Shown here: piece by piece, positions 1-11,149 of the stretch | Position numbering within the stretch: the stretch's first letter is position 1 | Layout: each line of letters starts with the position of its first letter | NCBI RefSeq assembly: GCF_018350175.1 | Contig: NC_058370.1 | Location: 13,082,001 to 13,146,000 of the forward strand | Length of the DNA stretch: 64,000 nt | Direction: 5' to 3' | Source: Felis catus | Taxonomy: Eukaryota | The notes under the pieces: generated by a model | What the model was told of the DNA's origin: nothing | Seen by the model: only the letters and a program-made list of their open reading frames with translations | The model's database searches: none | Position numbers and translations under genes: made by a program

Positions 1-289
1 AAGATCAGAGAGAGGTCATGTTCCCGATTCCGAGGGGAGGTGCTAGGGGCAGAGTGTGGCCGCGAGGTCCCCGCGTCTGCAGTGGGGAGGCGCTGGAGCC
101 CGCAGGGGGCTGGCTTGCCGCGACGGTGTGAGTTGCGTTTCTTCTTCTAGGCCTGGGTCTGGCCGTGGCTCTCCTCCTGGGCTGCACTTCGTAACCCCCT
201 GGGAGCTCTGAACGTTCCTGCCACCCACGTTGGATGGCAGACTCAGCAAATCAGAACCCCTGGGAAGGAGACCCAGATATTAACTAATC

Positions 290-421
290 GGCGTTGAGCG
301 GCATCCCGGGTCTGTACCCAGCAGATCCCAGGAGCACCCGCCCCGCCTGTCACAACCACAAATGTCTCCAGGCACACCTGTCTGGGGTGCGTGTGCAAAA
401 CCGTCCAGGGTTGAGCCCCTG
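290..421 (-). mobile_element. MER20-like hAT DNA transposon fragment
   Basis: 'gcatcccgggtctgtacccagcagatcccaggagcacc...gtcacaaccacaaatgtctccagg...gggttgagcccctg' resembles the remembered MER20 consensus; boundaries and strand approximate. Confidence 0.6.
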
Positions 422-859
422 CCTCGTCTGAGCCCAAGTCTCTACGATTTCTGGCTGCGGCTCTCAGTTCCACGTTAACCTGTATTCAACTTTCGTATCT
501 GCTTAGTGCCTTCCCCGAGCAGACTGGGTCCGGCCAGGGGGGCCACCGCTCTGATCCCGACTCCGCCCTTCGAGCCTCCCCCACGCCGCGTGGCCGCGGC
601 CCAGGGAAGAGAGGACACTGCAGCCACGCGTTGTGGGTTGTTGGCTTTGGGACTACTGCCGGCCTGGGAGGCTCCCAGCTTGGCACCACGCCCGCAGGTC
701 CCCTCCCGGGGTGGCCCTTTTGCACCCAGGATGCTCTTGCCGGCTGCGAGTACGACGGAGTTATCAGCGCGGCCGGAGGAAACCCCACCCTCCCGCCACC
801 CTGCAGCGGGGACAGCCACGGTGGCCCGGGCACGGCCCACGGCAGCTCCTTCCACGGCT

Positions 860-930
860 GTCTCATTTGCAATCAATGGGTACGAGTAGTGCCCGTTCTC
901 AGAGATTGGGAAACTGAGGCGCGGGGCGTT
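860..930 (-). mobile_element. MIR fragment
   Basis: MIR core 'cccgttctcagagattgggaaactgaggc'. Confidence 0.55.
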
Positions 931-1159
931 TCAATGTCCTGCGCGCATTCAGAGCGAGTCGGGGCACAGCCCGCTCTGTCCCGAGGGGCCCGGATCCGGG
1001 GGCCGGGGCTCCATGCAGCGCAGAACCTGCGGAAAGCGAAGGCGTTGCCCACCTCGGCCTGTGTCCCAGGCTGTCTCGGGTCCTATTTAGCACGAAGCCT
1101 CTACTCAGTTAGAGCCGCCTGGCGGATGCCCTACTCTGGCCCCTCATCCCGGCTGCGAC

Positions 1160-1340
1160 CAGATCTGTGTGTTGTTCACCACTGGGTCTCCGAGTCTAGC
1201 AGAATCCTTGGGGCGTGGCCGGGACTTGTCCTCGTTTGCCGAGTTTGATGGAATTGGATCACTTTGCTTTGGACACCTCGTCACCCCTAACCGTGTTTTG
1301 CACAGAGTAGTTGTTCCAAACATGCTTGCTGAATGACTCT
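1160..1340 (+). mobile_element. L2 3'-end fragments
   Basis: 'tgttgttcaccactgggtctccgagtctagcagaatccttgg' and 'gcacagagtagttgttccaaacatgcttgctgaatga' resemble the L2 terminus. Confidence 0.5.
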
Positions 1341-2189
1341 ATGACCGATCAATTAGTTCCTTCTCAATTGAGCCGCTACGCTTGCCTTTACAAATGAATA
1401 CAAGGGAAGGACTGCAAAGACACCTTTGTTTCTGTACGTCCATTACCCTCATTAAATGCTTTTCTAGGCTGCGGAGAGCTTGATGATTGGGTTCTTTTGA
1501 TATGAAGCTCATATCTTTTCGGTTTTGATAAATCCGGGTTTAGAAATTTGTAAGGCGACCGCCGTGAATCCGTGATGCCGGCAGCCCATTTAAAATTTTT
1601 TTTGGGAGATTGGTCTGTTTTTGCAATGATGGCACGTTCTGGAATGGGACCCAGCAGAGGCAGTGGTAGGGAATTTGTTTCTGGGAGATAGCCCAGGAGC
1701 CCGCGTGGATGTGACGTCCCCACGAGACAAAATGCGCTGTGGCCAATGGTGCTGAGCTCGGCAAGGGCTGAGTGCCCGTCCCAAGGGGGCCGCTTATTTG
1801 CTGACACCTGGCAACTCTGTTAGCTGCGAACGTGTTGTGCGACAAGGAGGAAAACCGTCTTCAGCCCTCAGAGAGTGGGACAAGAGTCCTCCCTGCCTCC
1901 CTGCACTCCTGCTGCTACGTGACCTCCCGGGGTTTATCTGCAGGGGGTCTTTCGCTGTCCGATGCCACGCTTGTGTGAGCTTAAGCGAGGTTCTATGGGA
2001 AGTACAGCGGGGAACCGGGAGAAGACGGGACATGAGCTGCCCCTGACCGCATCCTCCGAAAGGGCTGCCTTTGCCCCCGTCTCATGCTGAGCCGGGTGAC
2101 GGCCGCACCCCAAAGCCATCCCCACATTCACGTGGGAGTGGCAGCTGAGTGTGAGTTTCGAAAACGCTAACGAAGGGCTGAGTACTGTC

Positions 2190-2577
2190 CATCTACTGAT
2201 GAACACAGAAGCAGATGTCCATTCAATGAACATTCCTCTATGAAAAGGAACAAAGTACCACCACCGGGATGAGCCCTGAAAACACTAAAAGAAAGGCATT
2301 CCCAAAGGCCACATATTGAAGGATTCCCCTCGTGTGATGTATCCAGAGTAGGCATATTCACAGACGGCCTATTAGCGGTTGCCAGGGGCTGGGGGCAGGG
2401 AAGAGTGGACATAACAACCAACAGGTCTGGGGGTTCTTTTTTTTGGGTGACTCAAATATTCTGGAATCATAGTGGTGTTATAGTTGTACAATGTCGTGAA
2501 TATACTAAAAGCCAGTGAACAGCATCCTTTAGAATGATAAATTTTATGGCATATGAATGCTATCTCTATAAAAAAAT
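2190..2577 (+). mobile_element. Ancient L1M (L1MB/ME-type) 3' UTR fragment
   Basis: 'attagcggttgccaggggctggggg...gttgtacaatgtcgtgaatatactaaaagccagtgaac...aattttatggcatatgaat...ctctataaaaaaa' is a typical L1MB 3' end with A tail. Confidence 0.8.
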
Positions 2578-3302
2578 ACTTGAAAAGAAAAATTGAATGG
2601 TGCACGGTCAAGGCAGATATATTAAATAACCTGAGTTAAAACAGAAGGGAAAAGTCTCAATTTCAGGCGCTCATTGAAACATGATGACTTTCGGAACGTG
2701 GGCCCGGGCTCTTACAGATGACAGTGGCGGAACCAGAGTGACAGGTGTGCCAGGTGGCCCCCATGCCCGTCCGTCCCCGTACTCGTTTGTTTATGTCACC
2801 GCTGGTCCCTGAGGGCACTGAGTTTCACGGGGCCGTCAAGTGGGACAGCACTGACTGTGTTCCATGGAAGCCGTGCACCAGAGGAGCTGGCTAAGTTACC
2901 CCCACTTGGGCCTCCCCCAGAATCTCACAGGCAGGGTCTCCAGGGACGGCAGTGAGACTCGCAGGGAGGCCAGCCCGAATCTGTCTCCAGCTGGGTGGGG
3001 CTGGGGCATGCTATCCTTTCTTTGTCCCCTTGCTCAATCTCTCACTCATTCTCCTTTCCCCTCCCCGCCGCATCCTGGGGTTGATCTCCTCCGCGGACTA
3101 GCACACAAACATTTTCTTCTTCACTGTCTTCTGGAGAACTCCAGCTAAGACGTCTGTTATCGTGATCGTTATTCATCAGGACGCTCTCTCCACACCGAAC
3201 TGGGATGATCAAAAGAATCCTAGCCCAGAGTTTCATGAGCTGTGGCTTCTTGGAAACAGCACTGAAAAAGGGCCTTAGTTTCTCCACTTAGAGGCTGCCT
3301 GT

Positions 3303-3458
3303 TTTTGTTTTTGTTTTTTAATGTTTATTTATTTTGAGAGAGAGGGAGAGAGAGAATCCCAAGCAGGCTCCTTGCTCTCAGCACCGAGCCTGACTTGGGG
3401 CTCAACCAGGAGATGATTAAGAGTCTGACACTTAAAAAACTGAGCTACCCAGGAGCCC
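3303..3458 (-). mobile_element. Can-SINE (SINEC), internally deleted copy
   Basis: Poly-T/(GA)n tail, 'ctgagctacccaggagccc' head; TSD agaggctgcctgt at 3290-3302 and 3459-3471. Confidence 0.9.
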
Positions 3459-3779
3459 AGAGGCTGCCTGTGTTTAAGAATGAATAGAAGTAACATTGCC
3501 ATGTGGTTCTGAATCCAATATGCAACCTCGGCCCTGGGCGCTGGCCCTTTGCACCTTCCCCATGACTCTCCCCCATGGATCCCCCTGCTGGGATCTCACA
3601 TTTCCATCCGCTCTGAGATAATGCAGGGGGTGATGTTAATCTTCTCATCTGGCCGGTGGGAAGACTGAGCCACAGAGAAAGGACAGGCCTTGAGACGACC
3701 CCAAGCAGCGCAGGAGGGGTGAGTGGGGGCCGAGCTGCAGGTGCTGACCCAGGAAGGCTGACCCTTTCCTCCAGGCCAG

Positions 3780-5400
3780 GCAGACGGTCAGCCACGGGGA
3801 CGTATCGGCCACCAGGACGTCTGCGATCACCGCCCGCCCCCGTGCCTGGTTGGCCACAGGCCTAATCCTTGCCCCATCTGTGGGGAGGACCCCTGGCGGG
3901 AGGAGGAAGACCCCAGGCCCAGATTCAGCAGGTCTGTGGAGCAGTCAGAGCCCCGCCAGGCACTCAGGGCGCCTCGTGTTAATCCCCAGGGAGTCATGTC
4001 GGACGTCAGCCAGAGGACAAATCAATACCGTGGCCTCGAGACCCAAGCGCCCATATTTTTCGAGCAGGCCTAGGGCTCGGCTGACGTCGGGGCCTCTCCT
4101 GCGCCTCCCCGCCGCACAATCATCTCCGAACGATCCGGTCAAGACTCCAGAAGCAGCGAGCATTTTTCTCTCTGATCGCTCTTCCCTGGCAGGGCCCGCT
4201 GCAGAAGGACAGCCCCTCCCCCCGTCTGGAGCGTTGACGTGAAAAAGAATCGCATGGGTTGTGACATCTGCCCAGACGCCCCCCACTCGTTAAATCACTT
4301 CTGACGTGGACAGGACACCGGGCTGCGCTCGCGTCCGCTCAGCCGGCCGCCCCGGTGCCCCGCGTGCGTCGCTCTTCTGTCCCATGTCCGACGCTGCCCT
4401 TGGTGTTTCCCTTCCACACAAGCAGCAGGTAACAGTCAACGAGGAGACCGCGGGCCCGAGCTGGCCGATCGTCCGCCAAACGTGCGTGGCCCGCGAGCGG
4501 GGGACGTGGGGACCCAGAGAGTGGGCGTCCCAGCTCTCTTCTCGGAGGCTCACGATCGAGCTGGGGAGCTAAGATGTGGGAAACCGTGCTGAGCCCCACC
4601 CCCACCCCCAGCACGTGCTGGGCGCTGCCCGGGGCAGTGGGCCAAGCGGCCACCGGGAACGACGACAGGGGGCAGCAGTGTCGCCTCGGGGGAGGTCTGT
4701 GAGTCTGGACGGCAGGAAGGAGGAGACCCCCACCCAGGAGAGGCTTCCGGGGAGCGGGACCGCGGCGCCGGGGCCGGTGGGACAGCGAGGACCCTGCCTG
4801 CCGGCCAGAGCGACGGAAGGCGGGTCCAGCAGGGGCGCGGCGTGCAAAGGCCCGCAGGCACCAGGGTGCAGCCAGCTCGGGAAGGAAAGCGGCGCGTGGC
4901 GGCGAAGCGACGTCCGAGGACTCCGAGGGCAGAGGGCAGGCGGTGGAGGGGAGGGCGCGGGGGCGGACGGCGCAGGGCCCCGGGCCACGCCAGGAGCACC
5001 CAGGGTCCTTAGGAGCAGCCTGGAGGCCTCGGGATGCTCAGCAGGGGCGGGACGTGGTTGCCGCGTTGGTGGTATGGAGTGGGCGGAGTGTGTGCCCAGG
5101 GAGATCCGTGAGAGGGGCTGGGCGGTCACGCGGTGAGAGAGGCGGTCCCCTGAGCTGGGAGGGTGATGGCAGCGGTGGGGGCGGGGCAGGGTCCAGAGAT
5201 ACCCAGGAGCCGACGCAGCGGGAATTAGGTTTGGGATTCGAGGGAGGGGAGGGGACAGCAGAGATGCCCAGGACCCGGCAAGGACCCGGTGGATGGCGTC
5301 ACCGGCCGGTGAGGGGGGACATCCAGAGAGGCCACGTCTGGGGGTGACTGTGGGAAGTTCACGTGGACACACAGGTCTAAAGCCGGAGGAGAGTCTGGGC
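3780..5400. promoter_or_regulatory. CpG-island-like GC-rich region
   Basis: Dense unmutated CpGs, GC boxes (ggggcgggg ~5178), several TGACGT motifs; no coding signal recognised. Confidence 0.5.
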
Positions 5401-5549
5401 TGCGTGTGGTGAAGGGGTCACCTGCCTGTACGTGGCCCCTGAAGTCATGGGGAGGCTGAGACCCCCCGGAGGGAGAGCACAGTGTGACAGTGGGGGAGGG
5501 AGGCAGCTGGACCCGCACTGTCCATGGTGGCGGCTACAAGCTCCACGGA

Positions 5550-5610
5550 TGCGTGTGTGTCTAGATGTGTGTGTGTGTCTAAGGGTGTGTGCGTCTACGT
5601 GCGTGTGCAC
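5550..5610. repeat. Degenerate (TG)n microsatellite
   Basis: gcgtgtgtgt...tgtgtgtgtgtgtgt...gtgcgtgtgc. Confidence 0.7.
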
Positions 5611-5804
5611 GTCCGCTGACGGGAAGGAGCCTGTAGCACGTGGGCCGTGGGGGCAGGAAAGGAGGCCTGAGCTGTGGGAGCAAAGCCGGGCGGGGGAGCC
5701 TGCCCTGGAGGAAGTGACCAGAGCTCGGGTCGGCTGAGCTGATCCTGGTGCGGTCCCAGGACAGAGCGCCGAGCACCCCAGTTAAGCCCCCAGTGCCCAG
5801 CAGG

Positions 5805-5885
5805 ACACCCATTTTACAGAGGAGGAGACAGACCACAGAGGGCGGTGAGGTCCCCACGGTCACCGAGTGGGAGGCCGAGCCCACA
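5805..5885 (-). mobile_element. MIR fragment
   Basis: 'cccattttacagaggaggagacaga...cccacggtcacc'. Confidence 0.6.
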
Positions 5886-6646
5886 GCCCTCACCCCTGCC
5901 CTGCAGAGCACTGCAGGGAGCTGGGGAGGCAGGCGGGGATCTGAGGGGGAGCCTGGAGGTGCTGTGGGGGCGGTGAGCAGGGAGGTGGGGAGGGGAAAGC
6001 AGTGGTGCAGGGGTGTAGAGGCGGTGCCTCGCTCAGCAGGCGCTCGCCGTGGGCTGTCCCCTGGCCTACTTGTCACGCATTAATGTTTGTGGTCAGCTTA
6101 TACCTCCTGTCGCCAGGCCTGGACAAAGTAAATGAAGGAGTTGGCGCCTGGCTGGTGTATCTGTGCCCACCGCCCATAGCTATCGTGGCCTCAGAGACTC
6201 CGGCCCTGGGATTTCTGCTCAGATCAATTCAGGGCAGAGACGTGTCTAAGAGCCTGTGTGTGTATGTGCGGGGCCTCCAAATACTAATAAGGAAAGATTA
6301 CGTTCCTTTCTCCTCTCTTCGAGATTACAAATCACGTCCAGAGACGGGGCCTCTTCCAGCAGCTGCGTCTGGCCAGGCACAAACTGAAAGCCGAGCCCAG
6401 GTCTGCGTTCGGGTCACCCTTGGCTTTGACAGAAAACGCGTGTCATATTTCACTCATGGCCTCATGCCTGAAAGCAATGTCAGCTTCTGAGAAAATACAG
6501 CCCCTGTGCAAGGGAACATTACGATCCCTCGCGAAATAAAGTCTTTTCCTTCTTTTGAACTCTCCCAGCCTGCATGGAGCTCTCTCTTGTTGGGCTTTCT
6601 AGAATCATCCATCAGGTTGTGGGCCAGAACTGGCTGAGGACTTCTT

Positions 6647-6861
6647 TGCTGCTGTTGTTGTTTTTAAGGTTTATTGATTTTTGAGAGAGAGAGAGAGAGA
6701 AAAGGCATGAGCGGGGAGGGGCCGAGAGAGAGGGACAGAAGATCCGAGGCAGGGTCCATGCCAACAGCAACAACCCCGATGCTGGGCTTGGACTCACAAG
6801 CCTGGAGATCACACCCTGAGCCGAAGTCGGCTACTCAACCAACTGGGCCACCCAGGTGCCT
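6647..6861 (-). mobile_element. Can-SINE (SINEC)
   Basis: Tail plus (GA)n, 'ggccacccaggtgcc' head; TSD ctgaggacttctt at 6634-6646 and 6862-6874. Confidence 0.93.
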
Positions 6862-8241
6862 CTGAGGACTTCTTAATCTCAGGTTCAAAAGGCAGTAGAT
6901 GCTGTGAAAACTACCAAAAATCAGACTCCGAATTCACAGCATCTTTGCTCTAGCTGGGAAGCAGGAATACTTGACTAAAGCACACAGTGTATAATGGAAG
7001 CACTTTTCCGGAGCCAGAGCTCAGGGCATCTGAATTTGTAAGGTGTTCCTCTGACACAGTGACAACGCACACGTCCTTCCTGTAGGTTTGAAAGTCTCGT
7101 CTTTGTCTAAATCCTGTAGGTTCCCCGAAGGGAGCGATTTCTCCTTGTGCTTCTTTCATCGGCCCCTAAACCGTGCCCAGGACGTTTGCTAAATATTTCT
7201 TGACTTGTCAAGATTCTGACAGGTGGTCAGGAAGCCGCCCTTTCTCTGTTACCAGGAAAAGCTGTAAAGGGGAATCGTTCTCAGGGCGTGCTGGAGATTC
7301 GTCTGGCCAGCAGGCTTCGTTGGTGTTAGTCTCGTAAAGAGTATGCTGACTGTGGCTTTTCTGTGGGTCCCGGGCCCCATATCTTTGCCTCCAGAGAGCT
7401 GGAAATCGGGCCGTTCCTGGATCAGTGACTCAGCACTAAACAAAGTTCTCAGTCTCAGGTTTAAAATTAACTGTAAAATGCAAAAGAGATAATTCATCGG
7501 AGGGAGAAGGTGAGCAGTAGGCACATTTCGCGACATCAAAAAACCATCCTGGCATGGAGATCTGGAAGTCTGCAAACTGGGGTCTGCGGCTGCCAATTTG
7601 GGGGTAGAAAATGTTATGTAGCTTAAAACCCTTTAGGAATATTTTATCAAAAGATCCATTCCCTGTGATGTTATTTTGGGTATCTCTTTATAACCAGCTG
7701 ACACGCTTCCCCTTAGCATTTCACTGACTTGAAAACCGCAGAACTCTAATTACAGTCTCTAACTAAAAAGGAAGCAGGTCTGTGAGCGGTACCTAATTGA
7801 TACATTCATTTCTCTCCCCATTTCTGTCTTGTCTCAGATGATCAGGGTGAACGTGTTCATGAGTTATTTATTTTAAGGAGCAAAGAGCAGGAAGGTGGGG
7901 GTGGCATGAGCCAGAGAACATTCTCTTTCTTTCTCGTCATCTTCTCCTTCGGTCATCCACGGTAGGGGCGGGTCACTGGACACTGTGTGGCTCAAGGGCA
8001 GTGGTTTGTGAACTTGGCATAAGGCTTGAGAAAACCTTGGTTTCCTCCTAGTGGTGGCCAGAGAAATCCCTCCTCATCCTGTGTCCACCACCTGGCTCCT
8101 CTGCCTCTCTGTGGTGCAAAGTATCTCTTTGGAGCTGGTCTCCAGGAAGGGCAGACAAGGAAAGGCCCATTTTCTAAGTCGGAAGGTATATGAGTTCTTA
8201 CCACAATAGTGATGTGGACCAACTCCAAATTCAGTGACTTA

Positions 8242-8398
8242 GGGGCGCCTGGGAGGCTCAGTCAGTTGAGCGTCCAACTCTTGATTACGGCTCAGGCCAT
8301 CATCTCATGGTTTGTGAGTTCGAGCCCCACAACGGGCTCTGTACTGACAACGCGGTGCCTGCTTGGAATTCTCTCTCTCCTCTCTCTGCCCCTCCACT

Positions 8399-8437
<39 letters not shown>

Positions 8438-8454
8438 ATAAATAAGTTAAAAAA
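8242..8454 (+). mobile_element. Can-SINE (SINEC)
   Basis: ggggcgcctgg head, B-box gttcgagccc, (CT)n, A tail; TSD aaattcagtgacttag at 8227-8242 and 8455-8470. Confidence 0.95.
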
Positions 8455-8625
8455 AAATTCAGTGACTTAGAGCAGCCATGTTTATTTTCACCCTCAAGCA
8501 TCCATGCTATTGACTGTGGTTTGGCTGATCTTGGCTGGCCTTGTCGGGTCATTTGTGGTTCAGGCTGCAGACCAGCTGGGGCTTGGGAACAGGCTGTGGG
8601 GATTTTTCAGTTCCGCCTCGTGCAT
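8455..8625 (-). mobile_element. MLT1-type MaLR LTR fragment hosting the SINE
   Basis: 'tcagtgacttagagcagccatgtttattt...ggctgatcttggctgg...caggctgcag' resembles MLT1 LTRs. Confidence 0.45.
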
Positions 8626-9639
8626 CATGTTGTTTTTTTAGGGCTCTGCTGGATCCTGGCCTTACTGGCTGGTTAAGTTTCTGAAATTGAGATTTGAAGT
8701 GATTACTCGAGAGTAACTCTGAACAGAGTTAAAACTGTAATCGAATTTCCTAAGGAGTCGAGTTAAAATGTGAAACTCGTATTTTGTATCCTATAGTAAG
8801 AATGTATACACCTAATATCCTGTATCTCAATCAATATTTCCAAAAGGGTGTTACATATCCACTGTGATAGGAAGTACAGCTTTAGTTATTATTTGGATAG
8901 TTTTGTTTTGTTTTTTTGAACCGTGTGTTCTCCTTATAGTTACATTCAGTTTATAACGGCAAGGGCTAGTGGTTTTACTTTTAGAATTGTGGTATCGTTT
9001 TCTGTTCAGACACAATTATTTGTGTAAAAAAGGGAGCAAAACTAAAGAAACAGTTGAGCAAATCATAGTGTAAGCGTGATCTAGATAAGGCAACCATTTT
9101 GAGGAGGCTTTGGAAACACCTCCGTAACCATACAAACGCAGCACGGGTTTCGATGACCAGGGTCCCCTCAGCAGGAGACTGGTTGCTCTTTTCTTTGCAG
9201 AAGTAGCCCCACAATTCAAGCGGTTCCTTCTGTCATTTTGGTCTTGTTCCGTCATCCTCTTGACAGGGCTCCGTGGCGACCGTGCGAGCCTGGTTACAGG
9301 GGCGCCCTGGCTCTTGGTTTTCTCCTGTTTGTGCCCCGAGGGGAAGGTAATCGTGTCTTCCTCAGAGAGTATTGAAAGGATCGAATGCGTTAATACCTGA
9401 TACACACCTGGAAGGGTTTCTAACACTCAACATGATGTGGTTTTATAAATTTCAGGTTTCCTGACGTGTAGACCAGGTAGCGTCCTCTCATCCCACGGTG
9501 CCATTGGTAGTTGTGTGAAAACCCAACGAGCATGGGGACGCCCTGTCTTGTGCCTCTTCTGTCCACCTGGTAAGCGTTTGGGGTCTTTGTGTCCTGGGTA
9601 CTTTGGTACTATTGCTAACTTACAACAAACCAAGTTTTT

Positions 9640-9663
9640 AAAAACGTTCATTTATTTGTTTTT

Positions 9664-9694
<31 letters not shown>

Positions 9695-9883
9695 CGCGCG
9701 AGAGAGCGTGCACGTGCATGAGCCGGAGGAGGGGCAGAGAGAGAGAGAAAGAGAGAGAGAATCCCAAGCAAGTTCCATGCTGTCGGTGCAGAACCCCACG
9801 CGGAGTCAATCCCGCAAACCAGAAGATCAGGACCTGAGCTGAAATCAAGAGACGCTTAACCGACTGAGCCACCCAGGTGCCCC
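9640..9883 (-). mobile_element. Can-SINE (SINEC) with (GA)n(GC)n tract
   Basis: 'gcttaaccgactgagccacccaggtgcccc' head; degenerate TSD acaaaccaa(g)tttttaaaa on both flanks. Confidence 0.93.
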
Positions 9884-10910
9884 AAAGACAAACCAATTTT
9901 TAAAATCACTTTCATGAGTAAGATAAAATAAATCAGCCTGAAGGAGAGAAAAAAAAAAAAAATCAGAGTCTGCGTGTAGTTCTGAGTAAATGGCGAATAC
10001 TTTGAACTCCATCAGCTCTGCGTCTGACCTGCTCTGAGATTTCCGTGCTCAAGGTGGATGGGGACACAGGGAAGCAAGGGCAGGGAAAGCCAGCTCCGCC
10101 TCCCACGGGATTTGCCTGTAAGGGGACCGCTCGCACAAGGTGTCGCTTGCGCCAGACCAGACCCTGCCACAGTGTGACGAAGGGCTTATGAAGCCAAGTC
10201 ACCTCCGTTTGATTCGTGCTGAGGCATCAGAAAATTGAGAAAGAATGACAGCATAATTAAAAAGTTCTTCCAAATAACGCAACGTTCGGGGAACGCGGGA
10301 AGCCACTCACAGGAGAGATTTAAAAAGTGGAAGATAAAGCATCTTGTGAAAGAAAGTGGCGCATGTGTTCATGTGGACATTTACTCCTGGGTGAATTTGC
10401 TTTTCTCCCAGAGACAAAAACAAACAAACAAACAAACAAAAACCCACATTCCAGCTGAAGCAGGTTCAAGGTGGAACCACTTTCTACCTAAACTCAGCCT
10501 CATCCGAAAAGCCCGAGGTCCCAAGTCTCCTGGGGTCGACACGATGTCCAACAGCAGAATCAAAAATTGACTCTGCTTAGCTTTTCTGGACAGTGTCGTC
10601 GCTGGGGTTTCCCCATAAGCTGAGCTGGAGGCCAGGACCTGTAGGCAGGTAGGTGGTTTAGGGAGGTGATCTGGGGACTGCACAGAGCGAAACGGGAAGA
10701 CAGAAAAAGCCAATCTTAGGGAGCAAAGCTGATATCGTGCACGGTAGTTTTAAAACGTGGCTGTACGGTTTCGGATACTCCTATGAGAGGTGGGTCTGTG
10801 CCCCTTCTCTGTGAGTCTGAGCGGTCTTGTTTTGATGTGTGACCTTCAAGGCCAGGCCACAAAGGGCCACACAAGGACTGATGAGTTCTCTCTGCACCTT
10901 CCTGCCTCTA

Positions 10911-11149
10911 GAATATTTTTTTAAATGTTTTTAAATGTTTATTTATTTTTGAGAGAGAGAGACAGACAGAAAGCGAGCAGGGAAGGGGCAGAGAGAGAAG
11001 GAGACACAGAATCTGAAGCAAGCTCCAGGCTCCGAGCTGACTGTCAGCACAGAGCCCGACCCAGGGCTCGAACCCATGGACTGTGAGATCATGACCTGAG
11101 CTCACTCAAGTCGGACGCTTAAACAACGGAGCCACCGAGGCGCCCCCCC
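10911..11149 (-). mobile_element. Can-SINE (SINEC_Fc-type)
   Basis: Full body; TSD ccttcctgcctcta at 10897-10910 and 11150-11163. Confidence 0.95.

Noticed and set aside
1-135. Possible exon end (ACGGT|gtgagt at 127/128)
   Set aside because: No recognisable protein, weak exonic donor context, and the window edge prevents evaluation
475-5372. Many overlapping 130-270 aa ORFs (e.g. 631-1248 +, 4569-5372 -, 4576-5136 +)
   Set aside because: Pro/Arg/Gly/Ala-rich, on both strands, no recognisable domains, some crossing MIR/L2; expected from stop-codon scarcity in GC-rich DNA
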